From Candidatus Hydrogenedentota bacterium (GTDB taxonomy: Bacteria > Hydrogenedentota > Hydrogenedentia > Hydrogenedentales > SLHB01): a stretch of DNA of 64,000 bases. Under the pieces are notes generated by a model. That model was not told the DNA's origin, made no database searches, and worked only from the letters and a program-made list of their open reading frames with translations. A program made the translations under genes and the position numbers. Each line of letters starts with the position of its first letter. Position 1 is the stretch's first letter. Location of the stretch: positions 517 through 64,516 of the forward strand of contig BTWA01000034.1 of NCBI GenBank assembly GCA_045863295.1, given 5' to 3'. This document shows positions 9,917-19,509 of the stretch, in pieces.

Positions 9917-10684
9917 TTATCCCAGATTTCGCTGGGCGATGTATTCGTCGGGGCGGCGATCGAAAAACTGCCGTACCCGCTCTTGGTGAGATGCTTCCGC
10001 CTCGGCCAAGGTGCCTTTGAAAACGGCTTCGCCCTTGTCCAGCATAAGGATGCTGTCCGCAATCTTTCGGATGGAATCCAATTCGTGCGTAACGATGATA
10101 AATGTCAGCCCGAGCAGATGCCGCAGCTTTAGTATGAGATCGTCGAGTCCCGCCGCCATAATCGGATCGAGCCCGGCGGAAGGCTCGTCAAAATACACGA
10201 CGGGGGGATCCACCGCGATGGCGCGCGCCAATCCAGCACGCTTGCGCATGCCACCCGAAAGTTCGCTCGGCAACAGGTGTTCCGCGGCGGTAAGGCCGAC
10301 CAGGCTGAGCTTCAGGCGAACCAATGGGGGAATAAGTTTTTCATCCACTTGGCGGTATTCGCGCAACGGCATGGCGACGTTTTGTCCAACCGTCATGGAG
10401 TTAAACAGCGCGCCGGATTGAAACGCAATGCCAATCGACCGCTGCAGTGCCGACAGCCGGTCCTCATCCATGCTTGCAATGTTTTCACCGTGATACTGGA
10501 TGTGTCCGGAGGTAGGCTTCAAAAGCCCGGTCATGTGCTTGAGCAATGTGGTCTTACCGCATCCGCTACCGCCGATAATAACAAAGATCTCGCCCGGCAT
10601 GACATCAAACGAGACGTCGGCCAGCACCTGCGTCTCTCCGTAATGAGTAACCAATCTTTTCACTTGTACAATTGGATCCGGCAT
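9917..10684 (-). CDS. mlaF: MlaF-type ABC ATPase
   Basis: GGSGCGKT, LSGGMRKRAGLARA, FDEPSAGLDP, VTHEL. Confidence 0.92.
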   Translation of the reverse strand: MPDPIVQVKRLVTHYGETQVLADVSFDVMPGEIFVIIGGSGCGKTTLLKHMTGLLKPTSGHIQYHGENIASMDEDRLSALQRSIGIAFQSGALFNSMTVGQNVAMPLREYRQVDEKLIPPLVRLKLSLVGLTAAEHLLPSELSGGMRKRAGLARAIAVDPPVVYFDEPSAGLDPIMAAGLDDLILKLRHLLGLTFIIVTHELDSIRKIADSILMLDKGEAVFKGTLAEAEASHQERVRQFFDRRPDEYIAQRNLG

Positions 10685-10687
10685 GTG

Positions 10688-11773
10688 TTAATCCAGCACG
10701 TAGTAAAAGATTGCCGCGAACAACATGTCGATCATGATGATGAAGAAGATGTCCATTACGACCGCACGGGTGGTCATCAGACCCACGCCGCGCGATCCGC
10801 CTTCGACGCGGAAACCGTTATGGCAACCGACCAGCACGATGACCTGGGCAAAGATAAAACTCTTTAGAAGCCCCTGAAAAATGTCCGACGGCTCGGCGGC
10901 GCTGATGGTTTCCTTCAACCAGATCTCGGCGCTGAAGCCCAACACGACTGTGCCCCAGACCAGCCCGCCCAGCACGCCGGCAATCATGCCAAGGCCGGTG
11001 AGCAGCGGCAACACCACCATCATCGCCAACAATTTGGGCGCGACCAGGAACTGCGGCACGTTCAAACCCATGCCGCGTAGCGCATCGATTTCCTCCTGCA
11101 CTTTCATGGTCGAGATTTCGGCCGCGATGGCCGCGCCTGTTCGCGCAGACACCACCACGCCGGTCATCACCGCCGCAAGTTCACGAGCAAATCCTATCAT
11201 GACCAGCCAGGACACCCAGATGTCCAGCCCCACGGTGCGCAACTGTGCGGCGGACAGCATGGCGATGATGAGCCCCAGGAGGAAATTCATGACGCTGTTG
11301 ATCGTCAGAGCCCGCACACCCATTTCATAGACTTCATCGATGAACAGACCCCAGCGAAACCCGCGCCCCTCGAACGGCGCCATCATGGTCCAGTATGTGG
11401 CATCGACTAACAAATTAATCGCCTGCTTTATCTCGGCGTAGACGCGAATGCCCAAATCGCCCACTTGCTCCACGAAACTTTCCGTCTTCACTTTCGGAGG
11501 GGGCGAAGCCTTCAGGCCGGGTTCGATCAGATCCAGGAATTCGGCGGGCTGACCGTGTTGTCCTTCCCACCGCAGGCTCGCCCCTCGGGTGGCGGCCATT
11601 TCGCTGATTCGCATGAGCCAGGCGCCGCCGCGCGCATCCATGTGGTTCGCGCCGCTAAAGTCAACGAGGATCTCCTCGCCCCGGGAAGGGCGGGTACGAA
11701 GAAATTGCTCCAGCAGGTCTTCACCGGACTCTTGGTTCAATTCCTGCGGGCAAATCAGTCGGTGCTCGGTCAT
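10688..11773 (-). CDS. mlaE: MlaE permease with N-terminal STAS-like domain
   Basis: VDFSGANHMDARG STAS-like N-terminus; RELA, RTGAAIAAEISTMKVQEEIDAL, SRGVGLMTTRAVV. Confidence 0.92.
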   Translation of the reverse strand: MTEHRLICPQELNQESGEDLLEQFLRTRPSRGEEILVDFSGANHMDARGGAWLMRISEMAATRGASLRWEGQHGQPAEFLDLIEPGLKASPPPKVKTESFVEQVGDLGIRVYAEIKQAINLLVDATYWTMMAPFEGRGFRWGLFIDEVYEMGVRALTINSVMNFLLGLIIAMLSAAQLRTVGLDIWVSWLVMIGFARELAAVMTGVVVSARTGAAIAAEISTMKVQEEIDALRGMGLNVPQFLVAPKLLAMMVVLPLLTGLGMIAGVLGGLVWGTVVLGFSAEIWLKETISAAEPSDIFQGLLKSFIFAQVIVLVGCHNGFRVEGGSRGVGLMTTRAVVMDIFFIIMIDMLFAAIFYYVLD

Positions 11774-13797
11774 TCGGTCGCGCTCGCGAGAATTTCAAAT
11801 TCGTCTTCTGACAGAACGGAGACGCCAAGATCCTGCGCTTTCTTCAATTTTGACCCCGCGTTTTCGCCAGCCACCAGATAATCCGTCTTCTTACTGATAC
11901 TGGAAGTTGGGGTTCCACCCAGTGCGCGGATGCGATCATGGATGCCGTCGCGGCTGTACTTCTGCAGCGTGCCGGTCACGACGAACGTTTTTCCTTCCAG
12001 GGGTTTGGGCCCGGTGTGCCGTTCCAGGCGTTCCTCCATCGTCAATCCGTGGAGGCGCAGGGCCTCGATCAATGCATGGTTCTCGTGATTTGCCAAAAAG
12101 TCGTGGATACTCGTTGCGACAACCTCACCAATTTCATGAATGTCGCTAAGTTCCGGAATGGTTGCACCCATCAGACGTTCCATCGATCCGAAATGTGCGG
12201 CAACAACTTCGGCGGTGCGGCTGCCAACATGTCGTATACCCAGGCCATTTAACAGCCGGCTTAAGGGCTGTCGCTTGCTGTCCGCAATGCCTTGAATCAG
12301 ATTGCCGGCCGATTTCGCGCCCATACGGTCCAGACCCGCGAGCACGTCGGCCGTGAGGCTGTATAGATCCGCCGGGCTCTTGACCAGATTCTTTTCGACC
12401 AACTGGTCTATTACTGCCGGTCCGAGACCTTCCATATCCATAGCGCCGCGACTCGCAAAATAGCGGAGTCTTTCCTTGATTTGAGCCGGGCACTGGAGGT
12501 TGAGACAGCGCAAATATACACCGTCAGGATCTTTACGCACTTCGCCGTTACATACAGGGCACGCCCTTGGCGTTGGGAACGGAGCCGATTTTGGGTCACG
12601 ATCTTCGGGCACGTACCGAAGGACCTGGGGGATGATTTCGCCCGCTTTTTGAATTTCGATGGTGTCGCCAACACGGATGTCTTTGCGGCTTAACTCGTCA
12701 AAATTGTGCAGCGAAGCCCGTTTCACAATCGTGCCTGCCAATGGCACCGGTTCCATTTCCGCCACCGGCGTAAGCGTACCGGTCTTGCCGACCTGCACGG
12801 AAATTCCCAGCAATCTCGTGCGTGCCAACTGAGCAGGATATTTGTACGCAATCATGAAGCGCGGCGATTTGGAGGTGAAGCCCAGCCGCGCACGATGCGC
12901 GCGGGAATCCACTTTGACCACCAGTCCATCGATTTCATAATCGAGTTTGTGCCTCTTCTCCGCCCATTGGTCGCAGAATGCCACCACTTCGTTGATATCG
13001 TTGCAAGGCTTGCTGTGGGGATTCGTCGGCAATCCGAAGGATTTAAGTGCTCTAATCGTCTCCACATGCGACTCGGGGGCGTCGCCGTCGATAACAGCAA
13101 CATCGTACGCAAAAATATCGAGTCTACGTTGCGAGACGGCCTTGGGGTCCAGCAATTTCAACGTGCCGGCCGTTGTGTTTCGGGGATTGGCGTAGGGGGG
13201 ATCCCCGGCTTCTTCCCGCAATTTGTTTATGCGCTCGAGTTCCTGCCGCGTCATAAATACTTCACCGCGCACCTCCATGGAACCCGGAGGAGCACCCTTC
13301 AGCTTTAACGGCACAGACTTGATGGTTCGCACATTCGCAGTGACATCATCGCCTTGATCACCGTCGCCCCGGGTGGCGGCACGCACAAGTACACCCTGGT
13401 CGTACCGCAACGAAATTGCGACCCCGTCGATCTTTAGTTCCGCCACGTAATACGGGATGTCACCGGCGGTTAGGCCGCGCTTCACACGCTCGTCGAAGGC
13501 GCGCAATTCCTGGTAATTGTATGTGTTGTCAATGGACAACATCGGCACGGCGTGCCGGACTGTCTCAAATCCTTCCAGCGGCCGCCCACCAACCCGTTGC
13601 GTCGGCGAGTCGGGCGTGAGCAATTCCGGATATTCGGACTCGATTTGCTGCAGTTCTTTGACAAGTTGGTCGAATTCCGGGTCCGATATTTCGGGCTGCG
13701 CCTGTTCGAAATACAGGCGATTGTGCCGCTCTATCTCGGATTTCAGGAATTCGCAACGGCTGCGGGCGGTCTTGGGGATTTTTGGGCTATCGGTCAT
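11770..13797 (-). CDS. ligA: NAD-dependent DNA ligase
   Basis: ELKIDG adenylation motif, TRGDG, EVRGE, CPVC zinc finger, HhH repeats, C-terminal BRCT (AGSKLKKA). Confidence 0.98.
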   Translation of the reverse strand: MTDSPKIPKTARSRCEFLKSEIERHNRLYFEQAQPEISDPEFDQLVKELQQIESEYPELLTPDSPTQRVGGRPLEGFETVRHAVPMLSIDNTYNYQELRAFDERVKRGLTAGDIPYYVAELKIDGVAISLRYDQGVLVRAATRGDGDQGDDVTANVRTIKSVPLKLKGAPPGSMEVRGEVFMTRQELERINKLREEAGDPPYANPRNTTAGTLKLLDPKAVSQRRLDIFAYDVAVIDGDAPESHVETIRALKSFGLPTNPHSKPCNDINEVVAFCDQWAEKRHKLDYEIDGLVVKVDSRAHRARLGFTSKSPRFMIAYKYPAQLARTRLLGISVQVGKTGTLTPVAEMEPVPLAGTIVKRASLHNFDELSRKDIRVGDTIEIQKAGEIIPQVLRYVPEDRDPKSAPFPTPRACPVCNGEVRKDPDGVYLRCLNLQCPAQIKERLRYFASRGAMDMEGLGPAVIDQLVEKNLVKSPADLYSLTADVLAGLDRMGAKSAGNLIQGIADSKRQPLSRLLNGLGIRHVGSRTAEVVAAHFGSMERLMGATIPELSDIHEIGEVVATSIHDFLANHENHALIEALRLHGLTMEERLERHTGPKPLEGKTFVVTGTLQKYSRDGIHDRIRALGGTPTSSISKKTDYLVAGENAGSKLKKAQDLGVSVLSEDEFEILASATE

Positions 13798-13859
13798 GAC
13801 GGCGGTATTCTACCGCGAGCGCGGGCAAAACAGAAAACAAAGCAGCGATTTGGGCCGCG

Positions 13860-14423
13860 TCAAGCCCCTGGATCCAGCCGATCCACCAACACCCTAAGTT
13901 CTGCCAACATCGGATGAGTCCAGTTTTCGCCCAACGCCGCCACAATTTCCCGGTAATACCAAATGGAACCGTCCCGGCCCCCTCGAAACCGGTCCCATAC
14001 AACCGGCCCCGCCGATTCCAAATCCCGGAGAATCGTCCCCACATTGTGAAGTTTGTCCGCGGCTACGATTCGTTTGACGGCGTCCTGGGCGGTCCGGATT
14101 CGATGGATGAACTGCTCCTTGCGCTCTCGCCAAGGGGGTTTGGGCGATCCGTACGCGTCGCTGCACAGTTCTACATATCGGGCGACAGTTTCGCCAAACA
14201 GGGTGTGAATTTCAGAAAGGGTGTTCCGGCCATCGCCGTCTTCAACGGCATCATGCAGCAGCGCGGCGATAACCTCGTCCTCGTCGCCACCGTGCTCGCC
14301 TACCAACGCCGCCACAGCCATGGGATGCGTGATGTAGGGCACGCCGGACCCTTTTCGAATGTGTTGGCCGTGAATCCTGTGCGAATAACGAAACGCCAGA
14401 TCGATTCGTTCGGAATACCCCAC
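13860..14423 (-). CDS. HD-domain small alarmone hydrolase-like (Mesh1/SAH) protein
   Basis: HGQHIRKGSGVPYITHP, ALLHDAVED, ADKLHN; RelA/SpoT hydrolase domain only. Confidence 0.85.
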   Translation of the reverse strand: MGYSERIDLAFRYSHRIHGQHIRKGSGVPYITHPMAVAALVGEHGGDEDEVIAALLHDAVEDGDGRNTLSEIHTLFGETVARYVELCSDAYGSPKPPWRERKEQFIHRIRTAQDAVKRIVAADKLHNVGTILRDLESAGPVVWDRFRGGRDGSIWYYREIVAALGENWTHPMLAELRVLVDRLDPGA

Positions 14424-14435
14424 GGTCCCGCCCGT

Positions 14436-15059
14436 TTACTGCCCGGAAAAGCTGCGATGCTTCGGTTTGACCACTTTGGAAGCCGGCATTGAGAATAGCC
14501 GCTCCACGCGCTCTGTCAGTTCCGCGAGTCCGAACGGCTTCTTGAGGTAGTCGTCAAACCCGTAGTCGGTCAGTTTCGAAGCCTCGTCATCGTCGAGATA
14601 GCCGGAAATGGCCAATATGCGCGTCGTCTTGGTTTCGGGCCGCGATTTCACACGTTCGCACACCATCCGGCCATCCATGTCGCTGAGATGGATGTCCAGG
14701 ATAACGACGTGCGGATTGTGTTCCACGACCTGCGCTCCTGCGTCGAATCCTGTCGAGGCGACCAGCACCTTATATTCGCTTTTGCGCGAAAGGGCCGCAG
14801 GGATTACGTCAAGGTAATATGGGTCGTCGTCGACCACCAACACCCGTCTTTCGCCTTCTTCCAAGCGCTCAAGCGGTATGCCGTGCTTCAGCATGAACTG
14901 ACGCAGACTTTCGTAGGGAATGCGTCTATCGCCGCCGGGTCCCAGCCGGTACCCTTCGATTTGACCGAGATCAAACCACCGGGACACCGTATCCGGCGAC
15001 ACGCCGCAAATGGCTGCAACTTCCCCGCTTGTGAATACTTTGTTTTTTAAATCCGACAT
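14436..15059 (-). CDS. Response regulator with N-terminal excisionase/MerR-like HTH
   Basis: FTSGEVAAICGVSPDTVSRW...GGDRRIP HTH followed by a REC domain (VVDDD, ILDIHL, KKPF). Confidence 0.9.
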   Translation of the reverse strand: MSDLKNKVFTSGEVAAICGVSPDTVSRWFDLGQIEGYRLGPGGDRRIPYESLRQFMLKHGIPLERLEEGERRVLVVDDDPYYLDVIPAALSRKSEYKVLVASTGFDAGAQVVEHNPHVVILDIHLSDMDGRMVCERVKSRPETKTTRILAISGYLDDDEASKLTDYGFDDYLKKPFGLAELTERVERLFSMPASKVVKPKHRSFSGQ

Positions 15060-15275
15060 CACGCGCATCCCAAGTGCGCCGCCCACCGACCATCGGCGCC
15101 CCCCATAAGCACAACCTCTACAATATACACTAGAAAAGTGGGGGAAGCATAGTCAAATCGTGGCGGTTCCCGGACGGCGAAATTTGTCCGGCCGGGGTGC
15201 TCCGGAATCCTGCACCCAATGGAGACTCGGCCAGGAGTAGGTCTGAATGGCACGGCATCAACTGCGTCACCGCGC

Positions 15276-16712
15276 TCAGGCCGTATGTTTTCGGGCCAGA
15301 CGGCCGGACTCCAAACGGTCGATGATAACCGCCCCGGCCATATCACCCAACACATTCGTGGACGTGCGAAACATATCCAGAAAATGATCCACGGCATAAA
15401 TGATGACCACGTAGTGGATGGGCAGCCCCACCGCCGTTGCCACAATGGCCATGGTGATAAGGCCCGCACTGGGAACGGCCGCCGCGCCGACCGAAGCCAA
15501 CACGGCGGTAACGAATATAACCAGGGTTTGAACCGGCCCCATCGTAATGGGCACATCCTCCAGACCGCCATACATCTGGATGAGGAAAATCACCGCTACC
15601 CCCTCGTACAGCGCGGTGCCGTCCATATTGATGGTAGCGCCAACCGGGAGACTGAAGTCGGCTACCTTCTCCGATACGCCCAACTTCTTTTTTACGGAAT
15701 GAATGGTGACTGGCAGTGTCGCCGCGGAAGAGGTTGTCGTAAACGCGATAATCCACGCGTTCCAAATGCCTTTGACAAACCGGATCGGATTCATGCGGCC
15801 TACTAATGCCACCAACGTAAGCAAAACACCCACGTGCACTGCGATGCCGCCTATGACCACGCCGCAATACCACCCCAGCGAGATAAGTGAATCCACGCCA
15901 AAGGTTGCAACCATCGAGGCGATCAGGCATGCAATGGCCAATGGCGCCAGACGCATGATCCACAGGGTGATGATCATCATGATCTCACTCATGGAAGTAA
16001 AGAACGCGGCAACCGGTTTCGCCTTGTCGCCAAGCACGATGCAAGCTACGCCCGTAAGAATCGCGAAGGCAATAATGCCCAGCGAATTGGGCGGGTTCTG
16101 CGAAATCGCGTGGAACGGATTCGACAAGATCGGGCGAATGATGTCCTCCAGAACCATCTGCCCGGGCGTCCGGTCTTTCGCATGCGCCATGCGCTCATAT
16201 CCACTCCGGAAATCCGTGGACTGAACGGCCAGCCCGTCGCGTTCGGCCATGTAGGCCTTGAACGAGGCCTTGAATTGTGGCGAATTTGGATCGCCACCGT
16301 GAGCGAGCGTGAATTCCTCGCGGTATTGCGCGATGATGCGTTCGCGATCCGCCCGCACCGACTGCGACGCTTCCTTGGCGCCCGGTTGTACAAAGAGGAC
16401 CGCCGCAATGCCAATTCCCACGGCAATGGCCGTGGTGGAAAAGTAGTAGGCAAACGTCTTAAAACCTATGCTGCCCAAGTCTGACGCGGCGGGCAGGCTG
16501 CTGATACCGGCGATAACGGTAGAGAAAATCAACGGTGCGATGATCATCTTCAAACCGCCGATGAACAATTCCTTGCCGAACAAGTTCAACCACCAGACCA
16601 GGGTTTGAAAAGAGTTGGATTCCGGATCGATCGCATAATGCACGACGAGCCCCACGCCCAATCCAATGAACATGCCGGCAAAGATCATGCTGTGAAGAGA
16701 CAGCCGCGGCAT
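15276..16712 (-). CDS. Dicarboxylate/amino acid:cation symporter (DAACS)
   Basis: LKMIIAPLIF, AFTTTSSAATLP, GATINMDGTALY, DMFRTSTNVLGD. Confidence 0.95.
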   Translation of the reverse strand: MPRLSLHSMIFAGMFIGLGVGLVVHYAIDPESNSFQTLVWWLNLFGKELFIGGLKMIIAPLIFSTVIAGISSLPAASDLGSIGFKTFAYYFSTTAIAVGIGIAAVLFVQPGAKEASQSVRADRERIIAQYREEFTLAHGGDPNSPQFKASFKAYMAERDGLAVQSTDFRSGYERMAHAKDRTPGQMVLEDIIRPILSNPFHAISQNPPNSLGIIAFAILTGVACIVLGDKAKPVAAFFTSMSEIMMIITLWIMRLAPLAIACLIASMVATFGVDSLISLGWYCGVVIGGIAVHVGVLLTLVALVGRMNPIRFVKGIWNAWIIAFTTTSSAATLPVTIHSVKKKLGVSEKVADFSLPVGATINMDGTALYEGVAVIFLIQMYGGLEDVPITMGPVQTLVIFVTAVLASVGAAAVPSAGLITMAIVATAVGLPIHYVVIIYAVDHFLDMFRTSTNVLGDMAGAVIIDRLESGRLARKHTA

Positions 16713-16806
16713 GGGATACCTCAGGGGTTGCCTGCAATGGGTTCTTGCGCCGTGATCGACCGGTGCAGTCTAGCGCAGCATTGCGTCCGATGCAACCGCA
16801 AGATGA

Positions 16807-17460
16807 TTATCCGTTGTCCTCGTCCAAGGTATTGGCGGGAGCCTCGACAACATGCACCGGGGGCGGCATTGGCGGAACATGCGCCTCCGGCTTGAACGGC
16901 AAATCCATTTGTTGGTGCCGGATGAATTTGTACCGCTTCAACAGTCGCAGCGTCTGAAGTGTCTGCGAACCCACGTACATTCCCTGGGATTCCACCTTGT
17001 TCAGCAGATCCTGCAACAACACAGGGAACTCCAGCACGTGGCCGATGCCCGACCGCCGCAACAATTCGGCGGATCGATCGCGCAGGTCCATGGATAAAGG
17101 CAACTCGGAAACCACCAGCACTGTAACAAACGGCAGGCCTTTGAAGAGTTCGCGGGCTAGCGCGAGCGATTCAGGCGCCACAAATTGCGAAAGCACTGGA
17201 TTCGCTTCAATAACGGAGGGATAAAACCGATCGCCATGCCACGCACGCACTTCGATGACGGCCCGATCGATTGCAGGAATGTCTTCGGCGCGCAACACAA
17301 AAGGAAGCTCACGCGGCACGGGAAGCGCGGTGTTCTCGACAAAGAGCTGGCCGGTCGATTCGGCGAATTGAAAGCGCGAATCCTGTTGCCAGTTGGTCAG
17401 CACGCGGAATACGTTCAATTCAAAGCATTCGCGCACCAATTGAAGATTCACATCGGCCAT
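16807..17460 (-). CDS. Conserved hypothetical protein, possibly restriction-endonuclease-like fold
   Basis: Start MADVNLQLVRECFELN; RAVIEVRAWH segment resembles a degenerate (D/E)xK motif; same strand as the aroB and TPR genes. Confidence 0.6.
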   Translation of the reverse strand: MADVNLQLVRECFELNVFRVLTNWQQDSRFQFAESTGQLFVENTALPVPRELPFVLRAEDIPAIDRAVIEVRAWHGDRFYPSVIEANPVLSQFVAPESLALARELFKGLPFVTVLVVSELPLSMDLRDRSAELLRRSGIGHVLEFPVLLQDLLNKVESQGMYVGSQTLQTLRLLKRYKFIRHQQMDLPFKPEAHVPPMPPPVHVVEAPANTLDEDNG

Positions 17461-17497
17461 CACCCAACCTTCGTTCGCGACATCGATCCGGCGCGAT

Positions 17498-18343
17498 TTA
17501 TTCCTCCGGACTCCCAAGCCCGGCCAGCGCCTGACCAATCTTGTGTTCGGGATTGCGCTTCAAGAGTCTTTCGCCAAATTCCTTCGCTCGATCATGGCTG
17601 CCCAGGCGCTGATAGCATAATCCCTGTTTCGCCAAAAGATCATCCCCGGTGAATTGTTCGCCAAACGCAGTGTAGATTTTGTCCGCGTGCTGTCGGTCTA
17701 GCCGATCTTCCGCGGCCCGATAGCATTCGAGCGCACTGGAATACTTCTCCCTGACAAACAACACCTCGCCCCGGAAGTAGTGCCCTTCCGGTTGCTCGGG
17801 ATTCAATTCAATGGATTTTTCTATCAATTTGTCCGCGCGTTCGAGCGCCAACTCGCCAATATCGGGCCAGCCGCTGAGACGCGCGGCGCGACCCAGTAGA
17901 AAAAGCGCACTGAAATTTGAACCGCCCCGATCCACCACATGCTGCGCGTTCGTCATGGCGGCCTGCCAATTGCCTTCATCGAAGCAGGCCTGTGCCAATC
18001 CCAGCATGCCCCTCGCACTGCCCGGGTCAGTGCTGATGATTTGTTCGAATTGCCGACGGGCTTCGGCGGTGCGCCCGAGGTTCAACAATGCGTATCCAAG
18101 ATCCAGTCGCGCCAGCGTCTGGCCCGGCCGTTTGCCAACCACATGCATCAGGATGTCCACCGCTTTGGCGCCGTCACCGATACGCATGTAGCACTTGCCG
18201 AGTTGGTGATACGCAGCCGCGTTTGAAGAGTCCAGTTTCACTGCTTTTTCAAAACACCGGATCGCCGAAACAAAATCCCCCTTCATGCTGGCCGTAAGGC
18301 CGTCGTCGTAATAGCTTTCCGAATTCTCACCGCCGAATGCCAT
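17498..18343 (-). CDS. Tetratricopeptide repeat protein
   Basis: Repeated TPR patterns (AYHQLGKCY, ARLDLGYAL, GHYFRGEVL). Confidence 0.88.
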   Translation of the reverse strand: MAFGGENSESYYDDGLTASMKGDFVSAIRCFEKAVKLDSSNAAAYHQLGKCYMRIGDGAKAVDILMHVVGKRPGQTLARLDLGYALLNLGRTAEARRQFEQIISTDPGSARGMLGLAQACFDEGNWQAAMTNAQHVVDRGGSNFSALFLLGRAARLSGWPDIGELALERADKLIEKSIELNPEQPEGHYFRGEVLFVREKYSSALECYRAAEDRLDRQHADKIYTAFGEQFTGDDLLAKQGLCYQRLGSHDRAKEFGERLLKRNPEHKIGQALAGLGSPEE

Positions 18344-18367
18344 GCCATGCCCTCGCATAATTTCGGA

Positions 18368-19477
18368 CTAGCCGCGCACCGCTTCCAACGCTTGCCGTGC
18401 CTGCTCCTCAGTCACATCCAAACGGTGAATGACGCGCCCCATACCCTCCGGCACGATGAATTTCATCGTGCCATGGCGCACTTTCTTGTCGCGGCGCATT
18501 GCTTCCACGACCTCATTCACAGGCAGTTCAGGCCACGCGATTGGCAGACCGTACTGTTCCATGCAACGGTTTTGGCGTGTCACGAAGGCCTCGTCAACGA
18601 GGCCGAGATTCTTTCCAAGTTCGGCCGCCGCATGCATGCCCAGCGCAATGGCTTCCCCGTGCAAGAAAACCGAGTACTTCGTAACCGCTTCAATACCGTG
18701 TCCAAAAGTGTGGCCGTAGTTGAGGTTTGCCCGAACTCCGTTCTCACGCTCGTCCGCCGCCACAATCGCGCCTTTGATTGCACACGAGCGTTTGATGGGA
18801 TAGATCAGTGACGGCAGGTCGATGCGGCCAATCGCCTCGTGGCTCGCTTCCATATAGTCGAACAGAGCGGCATCGGCGATCACGCCGTGTTTGATCACCT
18901 CCGCCAGCCCGGCCCTGAATTCTCTGTTGGGCAGCGAAGAAAGCAGCGTAAGGTCGATGATGACGGCGCTAGGCTGGTGAAACGCGCCAATCATGTTCTT
19001 CGCCAGCGGATGGTTCACGCCGGTTTTGCCGCCGACGCTCGAATCCACCTGCGCCACGATGGTTGTCGGAATTTGTACAAACCGGACCCCGCGCATGTAC
19101 GACGCCGCAGCATACCCTACCACGTCACCCACTACGCCGCCGCCCAAGGCAATCACCACACTGGACCGATCCAGGCCCGCCTCAATGAAAGCCCCGGTGA
19201 ATTCCTCCACCCGGGCAATACGTTTGTGCTCCTCGCCGGCGGGCATCGAACAAATGGCGGGCCGCAAACCAGCCTCCGCCACAATACCGGCGACCTTGTC
19301 CGCATAGAGCGGAGCGACATTCGTGTCGCTACAAATCGCCGCGACGCCCCGCGCACCCAGGTTTTGAAGCGTCTCCGGCAACACCGACAAGGCACCTGCG
19401 CCGATGTGTATCGGATACGATCGATCACCCAGTGCGACCGTCAGCGTTTCTATTATCGTTGCGTTATCCCGACTCAT
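18368..19477 (-). CDS. aroB: 3-dehydroquinate synthase
   Basis: ALGGGVVGD, QIPTT, VDSSVGGKTGVN, LNYGHTFGHGIE, HGEAIALGM. Confidence 0.97.
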   Translation of the reverse strand: MSRDNATIIETLTVALGDRSYPIHIGAGALSVLPETLQNLGARGVAAICSDTNVAPLYADKVAGIVAEAGLRPAICSMPAGEEHKRIARVEEFTGAFIEAGLDRSSVVIALGGGVVGDVVGYAAASYMRGVRFVQIPTTIVAQVDSSVGGKTGVNHPLAKNMIGAFHQPSAVIIDLTLLSSLPNREFRAGLAEVIKHGVIADAALFDYMEASHEAIGRIDLPSLIYPIKRSCAIKGAIVAADERENGVRANLNYGHTFGHGIEAVTKYSVFLHGEAIALGMHAAAELGKNLGLVDEAFVTRQNRCMEQYGLPIAWPELPVNEVVEAMRRDKKVRHGTMKFIVPEGMGRVIHRLDVTEEQARQALEAVRG

Positions 19478-19509
19478 GTCTCAATCCATCCGATTCCACT
19501 ATCGCATCA

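Noticed and set aside
14436-15059. Excisionase-like HTH as evidence of a prophage or integrative element
   Set aside because: It is fused to a receiver domain, a common regulator architecture; no integrase, att site or phage genes are present
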